From the NCBI RefSeq assembly GCF_013315695.1, contig NZ_CP054353.1: 64,000 nucleotides of DNA; one strand, 5' to 3'. A program made the position numbers and the translations under genes. The notes under the pieces were generated by a model. The model saw only the letters and a program-made list of their open reading frames with translations. It made no database searches and was not told the origin of the DNA. The stretch is from Escherichia coli (GTDB lineage Bacteria > Pseudomonadota > Gammaproteobacteria > Enterobacterales > Enterobacteriaceae). This document shows, in pieces, positions 49,287 through 64,000 of the stretch; the stretch's first letter is position 1, and every line of letters begins with the position of its first letter.

Positions 49287-49886
49287 TCAGAATTTATAAC
49301 CGACACCAACGATGAAACCGTCAGTGCGCCAGTCGCCACTGCCGGAACCTTCATAAGCAATATCAATGGCCACGGATTCGGTCGGGTTAAACTGCACGCC
49401 AGCCCCCCATGCCAGAGACGTGTCGCTGTGGCGACCGTCATCACTTCCGGTCAGCACATCGTGCGTTTTCCCCTTGTTGTCAGTTACGCGGATATAATCT
49501 CCGGAGAAAGTCGAAACACGGCTGTAAGCCATACCCGCCATCGCATACGCGCTGAACCATTCATTCACGCGCACAGACGGCCCCACCATCACGCTGAACC
49601 AGCGGTTACGCACGGAATCTTCATGCCAGCGGGTATCGCTGTAACGGGTAAGCTGGCGATTCTTGTCTCCTGCATAGCTGAATGACGTCACCATCCCCAG
49701 TGTGTCCGTAAACTCATAACGGTATTTCACGTTAATCCCGTTCAGATCATCGCTGCCGGGAACGTTCGTCGAGGCATGAAGATACCCCGCGCTCAGCGTG
49801 GACTGATGTTCAGATGCCCATGCAGGCGCACCGGATACGGCCAGACAAATGGCTGCGGAAAAAATGGCGGCACAAACTTTACGCAT
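49287..49886 (-). CDS. lom: Lom-like outer membrane protein (Ail/PagC/OmpX family)
   Basis: 199-aa beta-barrel with signal peptide; position between J and stf as in lambda. Confidence 0.9.
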
Positions 49887-49953
49887 AATTACCTCTCGCT
49901 TTTCTGCAATAAAAAAGGCGCCATTTCTGGCGCCCGTATATGGGTTATAAAAT

Positions 49954-50793
49954 TCAGCTGATACTGATGCCTGCGGTGGCTTTCTTCATCACCACAACCA
50001 GCAGATCGCTGATACTTGCTGTGGGATACCAGTCATTTACCAGCCATGCTGACACCGAAAACTCCAGCGTCATGTGACCGTGACCGGCAGGCATATCAAT
50101 AACGCCACTGTAAATCAGCGTATTATCCAGCGCGGTACGGTTATAAATTTCAGCACCGTTTTTCCGCACTATCAGACGGCATGAGGAGTAAATATCAGTA
50201 TGCTCTCTCTCATGTTTAGCGCCGCTGAATGCCACCGCCGGAATAACAATCTGCCGGTCAAACGGCTGATCGTCATAAACCCTGACGGTAATGGTCCCTG
50301 ATGGCCACCGTTCCGGTGCACGGGAGTCCCGGGGGAAAGCTTTGCCCACTGTTTTAACGAGATCGCCTTCAATCTGGTTCGCGGACAGTTTTCCCAGAAC
50401 CCGACAGTTCTCGTTAATCGTGACGTTGTTGAGCGTCCCGGAGTTCGCATTCACGTTACCACTGATATCCGCATTTTTAGCAGTCAGCTTTCCGTCCGGT
50501 GTCAGGGAAAATGCCGGTGGATTTCCACCACTGGTAATGGTGGGGGCCGTCAGGCGCTTCAGGAACACGTCGTTCATGAATATCTGGTTGCCCTGCGCCA
50601 CAAACATCGGCGTTTCATTCCCGTTTGCCGGGTCAATAAACGCGATACGATTGGCGGCAACCAGAAACTGACTCAGTTTGCCTTCCTCTGTATCCTCCAT
50701 GCTGAGGCCAATACCCGCGACATAATGTTTGCCGTCTTTGGTCTGCTCAATTTTGACAGCCCACATGGCATTCCATTTATCGTTGGCATCCTT
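49954..50793 (-). pseudogene. J: C-terminal 280 codons of tail tip protein J, N-terminal part deleted
   Basis: Translation ends like lambda J (...[36 protein letters not shown]); upstream boundary is the IS3-family terminus at 50794; no ATG start. Confidence 0.85.
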
Positions 50794-50801
50794 TGTAGTG
50801 G

Positions 50802-54127
<3,326 letters not shown>

Positions 54128-54142
54128 CGCTGACTCTCCGGA

Positions 54143-54883
54143 TTAACTGGCGGTGACGGTGATTTCTGCAACCGCAGCAAACTCACCATTACCGGATACA
54201 ACCGGAATGTTGACCTTGCCTGCAGCAACGCCGTTCACGGTGATGGTCATACCACTGACCGACACGGTGGCTTTTGTTTTATCCGCTGACACCGCACGGA
54301 AGCTCTTGTCGGTTGCGCCTTCCGGCTGGAAGGCCACGGTCAGCGTGGTGCTCTGCCCTTTCACTACGGAAGCACTGGCTGGCGTTACCGTCATGCCGGT
54401 GGCCGCTGTTACCGTGCTGCGATCTTCTGCCATCGACGGGCGTCCCACATTGGTGACCTTCACCGTGCGGGTGATCACTTCCTTCGCCGTCACCGCTTTA
54501 CCGATACTGCTGACCCAGCCACGGAACACATCGACCGTGCCGTTCGGGAAGCGGATTTTATAGGCACGGGTATCACCTTCATTAAACCACGCCAGCAGCG
54601 CCTGCTGCCCCTGCTCTCCGGGCATCCACGCCAGCGTGAAGCTGGTATCTCCGGCTGATTTCTGCCCCTGCCCGGTCGCAGTCCAGTCCGCATCCTCATC
54701 ATCGAGATAACTGTCGTCATAGGACTCAGCGGTCAGTTCGCCGGGCGTCAGGTCTTTAACTTTTGCCAGACGCGACCAGTCAACGTCTGAAAGCGGGTTC
54801 GCATAAGGGTCACCGCTCCCCTTATAAACCCACAGGGTGGTCCCGGCACCTTTCACCGGCATTACAGGATTTGGTACAGGCAT
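54143..54883 (-). CDS. V: Major tail protein gpV
   Basis: [45 protein letters not shown]... recognised as lambda V; C-terminal Ig-like domain. Confidence 0.9.
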   Translation of the reverse strand: MPVPNPVMPVKGAGTTLWVYKGSGDPYANPLSDVDWSRLAKVKDLTPGELTAESYDDSYLDDEDADWTATGQGQKSAGDTSFTLAWMPGEQGQQALLAWFNEGDTRAYKIRFPNGTVDVFRGWVSSIGKAVTAKEVITRTVKVTNVGRPSMAEDRSTVTAATGMTVTPASASVVKGQSTTLTVAFQPEGATDKSFRAVSADKTKATVSVSGMTITVNGVAAGKVNIPVVSGNGEFAAVAEITVTAS

Positions 54884-54890
54884 AGCGTCC

Positions 54891-55286
54891 TCACATTTCA
54901 TAGGTAATGACATAAGTCAGATCGGCTGAACTCCACAGGCCCGCATCATCGTCGCGCCGGTAGTCATAGCCACTGGCCACCATACTGGTGATCAAATCTG
55001 ACAGTGCCGGGATATCGCTCATCACCGGATAAATCCGGGACTCCATCCACGAATCCAGCTCTGAATCCGGCACCTGAGCAGGCAGGAAAACTTCAATATG
55101 CAGCTCCGCCTGCCAGGTATCGCTGTCCAGCTCTTCGCCCGTGTATTCAGCGCCGGTGAGATAAACGGCAATTGCCGGAAAATCTTCCTCATCAAAAACA
55201 GCGGGGCGACCATCAAAAAGCGTCGCCCCGGTGTCATGCTTCTCCAGTGCATCCAGTACGGCTGCACGGAGTTCAGTATGTTTCAT
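54891..55286 (-). CDS. U: Tail terminator gpU
   Basis: 131 aa, [43 protein letters not shown]... recognised as lambda U. Confidence 0.9.
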   Translation of the reverse strand: MKHTELRAAVLDALEKHDTGATLFDGRPAVFDEEDFPAIAVYLTGAEYTGEELDSDTWQAELHIEVFLPAQVPDSELDSWMESRIYPVMSDIPALSDLITSMVASGYDYRRDDDAGLWSSADLTYVITYEM

Positions 55287-55861
55287 CGCTTTATTACCAT
55301 TCTCAGTTGATGCTGCAGCGCATAGCCCAGCTCTTTCGGAAGACGCTCACGCCGTATCCGTTCAATATTCTGTTTAAACGCCGTGGTCAGTGGCACCGCC
55401 ATCGGGATTTTCACCACATCAATGGGGTAACGGTTTTTCCCGGCCACACGCTGCATGACATGCCACCGGCCATTTTTCAGTTGCTGAATAAACGCGCCGG
55501 GAATACGACGGTTTCCCACCACAAGCACGCTGCCGCCACCTTTCAGGGATGAACGCTGCCCCTTTTTACGACGCCTGCGTCGGGACAGGACAACCCGCGC
55601 ATTACCCAGCTTGATTACGGGCAAATCCCCCCGGTTAACCTTGATTCTGGCCTGCGGATTTTTAACCGTGGCCCTTTTCAGCCTGGCCCTTTCCTTTACC
55701 AGTTTCCGGCGTACCTTTGTCTCACGGGCAACCTGTGACGCCGACTGCGATATCGCGGATGAAGCAACGCGGTTAATGGCCATTGCGGCGGCACCAGGCA
55801 CCGCCGTTTTGCTGATACGGCTGAGGTTTTCAACGGCCTGCTCAAGACCCTGTATGGCCAT
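55283..55861 (-). CDS. Z: Tail completion protein gpZ
   Basis: MAIQGLEQAVENLSRISKTAVPGAAAMAINRVASS... recognised as lambda Z; start taken as the ATG at 55861 in the second copy of a 43-bp duplication. Confidence 0.85.
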   Translation of the reverse strand: MAIQGLEQAVENLSRISKTAVPGAAAMAINRVASSAISQSASQVARETKVRRKLVKERARLKRATVKNPQARIKVNRGDLPVIKLGNARVVLSRRRRRKKGQRSSLKGGGSVLVVGNRRIPGAFIQQLKNGRWHVMQRVAGKNRYPIDVVKIPMAVPLTTAFKQNIERIRRERLPKELGYALQHQLRMVIKR

Positions 55862-55914
55862 ACATCCCCCTTTCAACGGCCTGCTCAAGACCTTTTATGG
55901 CCATACATCCCCCT
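55829..55914 (-). repeat. 43-bp tandem duplication spanning the gpZ RBS and start codon
   Basis: 55829-55871 and 55872-55914 match at 41 of 43 positions; each copy carries aggggg-ATG-tATGGCCATA. Confidence 0.85.
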
Positions 55915-55915
55915 T

Positions 55916-56269
55916 TCAGCGGCGACGGTTAACGGCAGGCGGAACGCCACGCCCAAGCCAGAGATGACAGCTTCCGCCATCATCCGGCGATACCCGGTCT
56001 ATCCAGAAGTTTTCCTCACCGATGGTCAGCGTGTCTCCACGCCGCAGCTGCCGCACCTCATCAGTCCGGACAAACAGGGACGGGCTGGAGCCTTCAACGC
56101 GCACGCCCTGTCCGGCATAGCTGATATTTTCAGGGTCATCAAAAACACCACGTATTACTGCGCCGGACTGCTCACCGGATGTCATGGTGGCTGACGTTCC
56201 CATGTACCCGCGTATCGTTTCATCGGCGCGGGCAATGGCAGCATCGAACAGGTTATCGAAATCAGCCAC
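55916..56269 (-). CDS. FII: Head-tail joining protein gpFII
   Basis: 117 aa, MADFDNLFDAAIARADETIRGYMGTSATMTSGEQSG... recognised as lambda FII. Confidence 0.9.
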   Translation of the reverse strand: MADFDNLFDAAIARADETIRGYMGTSATMTSGEQSGAVIRGVFDDPENISYAGQGVRVEGSSPSLFVRTDEVRQLRRGDTLTIGEENFWIDRVSPDDGGSCHLWLGRGVPPAVNRRR

Positions 56270-56280
56270 AGCGCCTCCCG

Positions 56281-56676
56281 TTATTGCATTCTGGCCAGGC
56301 CACGTTCTGTCATTTCAGCTGCCACACCGGCAGAGACACGGAACGCCGTTCCCGGCAGCACAAATGCCACAGCCTCATCCCGCGTGGCGTGAAGTGCATC
56401 AGTATGCAGCGTCACCAGTGCCACAACCGTGACCAGATCAGCCGTATCAGTCACGGTATCCGGCTGCGCTGATACAACCTCATTTTCATGTCCGGTCAGC
56501 GCATTTTCCGGGCTGACAGATGTGTCCTGACCGGCAGCGTCATCCGTGTCATCAAGCTCCTCTTCCAGCTCTGCCACACGGAGCACCAGTTCTTCTTTCG
56601 TCCCCGTCAGGCTGACATCACGGTTCAGTTGCTCACCCAGCACCTGAAGACGGGCAATCAGTTCATCTTTCGTCAT
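56281..56676 (-). CDS. FI: DNA-packaging protein gpFI
   Basis: MTKDELIARLQVLGEQLNRDVSLTGTKEEL... recognised as lambda FI; ORF track extends further upstream. Confidence 0.85.
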   Translation of the reverse strand: MTKDELIARLQVLGEQLNRDVSLTGTKEELVLRVAELEEELDDTDDAAGQDTSVSPENALTGHENEVVSAQPDTVTDTADLVTVVALVTLHTDALHATRDEAVAFVLPGTAFRVSAGVAAEMTERGLARMQ

Positions 56677-56717
56677 GGACTCCTCCACAAAGAGAAAATG
56701 GCCCCGAAGGGCCATGA

Positions 56718-57743
56718 TTACGCCAGTTGTACGGACACGAACGCATCAGGGTCAGCCAGCAGCATCAGCGGTGCTGACTGAATCATGGTGAACTCACGCG
56801 CCGGATCGCCGGTGGTCACCCAGTTTTTCGGGTAGCGGGCAGAAGCGTTAATACCTTCGCGCTGTGCGTCCGCATCCTGAATGCAGCCATAGGTGCGCAG
56901 ACCGCGTGCCTGAGTGTTCCCCAGCACCATCGTGTTGTCCGGAAGGAAGTTCTTTTTGACGTCGTTTTCCACGTACTGTCCGGAATACACGACGATCGCC
57001 GTATCGCCATACATCCCCTTATAGGACACCGCTTCGCCCAGGTCTTTTACCGCTGTCTCCAGCTCGGAATGAGAGCCGCGACGGGTATCCAGCTTCTCCC
57101 TGACGGCTTTGAAGGAACGGAACAGCGCCCAGCCTTTCGGATCAAACACGATGATATTCACCACGCCGCTGGCGTTCAGCGCATAGGCTTCGATATCGTC
57201 GGTCGGGTCATACGTGGACTTGTCACGCTTGCTCCACTCCGTACCACCGGACTGTGTGATGTTGTTCGCCGCACTGCGGCCCATATCCACTTCAACCGGA
57301 TCGAAGGCTTCACCGGTCATGGTGTATTTGCCCTTAAGCACGGCAGAAACTGCCTGCATCTCTTCGACCTGAGCAATGGCCAGCTCTTCGTCTCGCATGT
57401 TCTGCATGATGATGCGACGGCGGCGGTAAGCCGGGTCCGCCAGATTCTGCGGATCTTCATCCGGCAGGCGACGCAGGGTCATCTGCGGATTCACCTCATG
57501 CTTCGGCTTGACATATCCCGGTGTAAATTCAGAGGTGGAGCCGCCACGGGAGCGGATAACCTCACCGGAAACAATCGGCGAAACGTACAGCGCCATGTTT
57601 ACCAGTCCCGGAATTTGTGAGAGATAGACTTTCTCCGTGGTGAAGGGATAGCTCTCACGGAAAAAGAGACGCAGAAACAGCGGATCAAACTTAAATTTCT
57701 GCTCATTTGCCGCCAGCAGCTGGGCGGTTGTGTACATCGACAT
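56718..57743 (-). CDS. E: Major capsid protein gpE
   Basis: MSMYTTAQLLAANEQKFKFDPLFLRLFFRESYPFTTEKVYLSQIPGLVNMALYVSP... recognised as lambda E. Confidence 0.95.
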   Translation of the reverse strand: MSMYTTAQLLAANEQKFKFDPLFLRLFFRESYPFTTEKVYLSQIPGLVNMALYVSPIVSGEVIRSRGGSTSEFTPGYVKPKHEVNPQMTLRRLPDEDPQNLADPAYRRRRIIMQNMRDEELAIAQVEEMQAVSAVLKGKYTMTGEAFDPVEVDMGRSAANNITQSGGTEWSKRDKSTYDPTDDIEAYALNASGVVNIIVFDPKGWALFRSFKAVREKLDTRRGSHSELETAVKDLGEAVSYKGMYGDTAIVVYSGQYVENDVKKNFLPDNTMVLGNTQARGLRTYGCIQDADAQREGINASARYPKNWVTTGDPAREFTMIQSAPLMLLADPDAFVSVQLA

Positions 57744-57798
57744 AAAAAAATCCCGTAAAAAAAGCCGCACAGGCGGCCTTTAGTGATGAAGGGTAAAG

Positions 57799-58131
57799 TT
57801 AAACGATGCTGATTGCCGTTCCGGCAAACGCGGTCCGTTTTTTCGTCTCGTCGCTGGCAGCCTCCGGCCAGAGCACATCCTCATAACGGAACGTGCCGGA
57901 CTTGTAGAACGTCAGCGTGGTGCTGGTCTGGTCAGCTGCAACAGCCAGAATGCCAACGGCAGCACCGTCGGTGGTGCCATCCCACGCAACCAGCTTACGG
58001 GTGGCGGTGTCAAGCATCAGCGGAGTCATTGCAGGCGCTTTCGCACTCAATCCGCCGGGCGCGGTTGCGGTATGAGCCGGGTCACTGTTGCCCAGCGGCT
58101 GGTAATGGGTAAAGGTTTCTTTGCTCGTCAT
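57799..58131 (-). CDS. D: Capsid decoration protein gpD
   Basis: [41 protein letters not shown]... recognised as lambda D. Confidence 0.95.
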   Translation of the reverse strand: MTSKETFTHYQPLGNSDPAHTATAPGGLSAKAPAMTPLMLDTATRKLVAWDGTTDGAAVGILAVAADQTSTTLTFYKSGTFRYEDVLWPEAASDETKKRTAFAGTAISIV

Positions 58132-58140
58132 AAACATCCC

Positions 58141-59440
58141 TTACACTGGTGTGTTCAGCAAATCGTTAACGGCATCAGATGCCGGGTTACCTGCAGCCAG
58201 TGGTGCCGGTGCACCCTGCATCAGACGATCCAGCGCAGTGTCACTGCGCGCCTGTGCACTCTGTGGTGCTGCGGCCAGAATGCGGCGGGCCGTTTCCACG
58301 GTCATTCCGGGGGTTTCTGCCAGCACGCGCGCCTGTTCTTCGCGTCCGTGAGCCTCCTCACAGTTGAGGATCCCCATAATGCGGCTGTTTTCTGCCGCAA
58401 CCGCTGCGGTGATCTGCGTGTTCACGTCCGGCTGCGCCGCGCTGGCGTTTTCGCCCTCCGTCGCTTGCACCACGTCAGTAACGTCAGCCTGCGAAGCGGT
58501 GGCTGAAACAGTTGTTGATTGAGTCTCTTTGGTCATTCGCCCTCCTGAGAGACGGGATTTACGTGCATCCAGTGCATCACGCATGACGGTGATCGCATCG
58601 GTGCTGTTAACAAGTTCATCAGCCAGTCCGGCATCAATGGCCTCCTGACCGCTGTACACTGCAGCCTCGGTATCCAGCACAGCCTGCACGGACAGGCCGG
58701 TATATGCCGACACCTTCTGCGCAAACATCCGGCGGGTTGCATCCATCCGGGACTGCAGTGTCTCCCGGACGTCATCCGGAAGATGGCTGTAGGGGTTGCC
58801 ATCCACCTTATGGCTGCCGCTGTAAATCAGCGTGATTTCCACGCCCTGTTTCTCCAGCGCAGCACCGTAATTACTGTGAGCCATCATGACGCCGATGGAG
58901 CCTGTCCGGGCGGTCTGCGTGACCAGACGCCGGGAGGCGGCACTGGCAAGCAGCTGACCTGCGCTGCAGTTCATGTCATTGGCCAGCGCCCATACCGGCT
59001 TTATGTCACGCACACGGGCGATGATGTCAGCGCAGTCAAATGCCCCTGCCACCATCCCGCCTGGCGTATCCATATCGAGCAGAATGCCGTCCACCATCGG
59101 GTCGCTGGCAGCCTGTTGCAGACGGGCGATAATGCCGTTGTAACCGGTCATCCCCGAATACGGCTGCAGCGCCCGCGTCCGGCTGACCAGCGTGCCGGAC
59201 ACCGGCAGCACGGCGATGCCGTTCATGACCTGATAACTGCGGGCCTGCCGTGGTCCGTCATCATCAACGGATAACGCCAGCGCCGCGGGTGCCTCTCCGG
59301 CAGTCAGGCTGTCGCCGGATACCGCATCCGTCAGGCGGCTGATCCCAAGCTGGCCTGCAAGCGCACAAAAGAAAACCCGCGCATAGGCGGGTTCAAGCAT
59401 CAGCGGCTCATTAAAGGCCATACTGGTAATATGCGGGAGA

Positions 59441-59460
<20 letters not shown>
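58141..59460 (-). CDS. C: Capsid maturation protease gpC (scaffold Nu3 nested in frame at its 3' end)
   Basis: S49-family ClpP-like domain; start set at the GTG aligned with lambda C (VTAELRNLPHI), overlapping the B stop by 20 nt. Confidence 0.85.
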
Positions 59461-63141
<3,681 letters not shown>

Positions 63142-63167
<26 letters not shown>

Positions 63168-63687
63168 TCAGCAACCCCGGTATCAGTTCATCCAGCGCGG
63201 CTGCTTTGTTCATGGCTTTGATGATATCCCGTTTCAGGAAATCAACATGTCGGTTTTCCAGTTCCGGAAAACGCCGCTGCACCGACAGGGGGATCCCGTC
63301 GAGAATACTGGCAATTTCACCTGCGATCCGCGACAACACGAAAGTACAGAATGCGGTTTCCACCACTTCAGCGGAGTCTCTGGCATTCTTCAGTTCCTGT
63401 GCGTCGGCCTGCGCACGCGTAAGTCGGTGGCGTTCGTACTCAATAGTCCCTGGCTGGAGATCTGCCTCGCTGGCCTGCCGCAGTTCTTCAACCTCCCGGC
63501 GCAGCTTTTCGTTCTCAATTTCAGCATCCCTTTCGGCATACCATTTTATGACGGCGGCAGAGTCATAAAGCACCTCATTACCCTTGCCACCGCCTCGCAG
63601 AACGGGCATTCCCTGTTCCTGCCAGTTCTGAATGGTACGGATACTCGCACCGAAAATGTCAGCCAGCTGCTTTTTGTTGACTTCCAT
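63142..63687 (-). CDS. Nu1: Terminase small subunit gpNu1
   Basis: 181 aa, MEVNKKQLADIFGASIRTIQNWQEQGMPVLRGGGKGNEVLYDSAAVIKWYAERD... recognised as lambda Nu1. Confidence 0.95.
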
Positions 63688-63877
63688 TGCTCATTCCACG
63701 GACAAAAACAGAGAAAGGAAACGACAGAGGCCAAAAAGCTCGCTTTCAGCACCTGTCGTTTCCTTTCTTTTCAGGGGGTATTTTAAATAAAAACATTAAG
63801 TTACGACGAAGAAGAACGGAAACGCCTTAAACCGGAAAATTTTCATAAATAGCGAAAACCCGCGAGGTCGCCGCCCC
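63688..63877 (-). other. cos: cos site: cosB between Nu1 and cosN, cosN 12-nt cohesive-end sequence at 63866-63877
   Basis: Minus strand reads GGGCGGCGACCTCGCGGGTTTTCGCTATTTATGAAAATTTTCCGGTTTAAGGCG (lambda left end); the preceding ...CGATCCGACAGGTTACG matches the lambda right end. Confidence 0.9.
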
Positions 63878-64000
63878 GTAACCTGTCGGATCGCCGGAAA
63901 GGACCCGAAAAATGATAATAATTATCATCTACATGTCACAACGTGCATCTACGCCATCAAACCACGTCAAATAATCAATTATGACGCAGGTATCGTATTA

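Overview
This window is an Escherichia coli chromosomal segment with a K-12-like backbone, carrying five insertion-sequence copies, an accessory sugar-uptake locus and the head-proximal part of a defective lambda-like prophage. All identifications rest on reading the supplied ORF translations and the DNA by eye; no database search or computation was run. Backbone order is lsrKR/lsrACDBFG, tam, yneE, uxaB, dgcF(yneF), yneG, glsB, sad, yneJ, yneK, ydeA, marC, marRAB, eamA, ydeE, mgtS, mgrR, dgcZ, ydeI, dcp, ydfG, ydfH, ydfZ, ydfI, ydfJ. Departures from the MG1655 arrangement as I recall it are: (1) an IS1 with intact 9-bp target duplication just 3' of lsrK, and lsrK itself split by a 1-bp frameshift; (2) a 7.4-kb beta-glucoside/cellobiose-type PTS locus (GntR regulator, IIB, IIC, IIA, porin, 6-phospho-beta-glucosidase) between marB and eamA, itself hit by an IS5 between IIB and IIC; (3) a prophage integrated in ydfJ (Qin position) running from about 42.6 kb past the window end. 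Its head genes Nu1-A-W-B-C-D-E-FI-FII-Z-U-V-G-T are colinear with phage lambda and cos lies at 63866-63877. The tail genes H through most of J are replaced by an IS911-like IS3-family element that carries a nested IS30, and the side tail fibre gene stf is cut near its 3' end by a second IS1. The most open question is a three-ORF module of unknown function between stf and the orphan invertase pinQ. No CRISPR array, rRNA or tRNA was seen.
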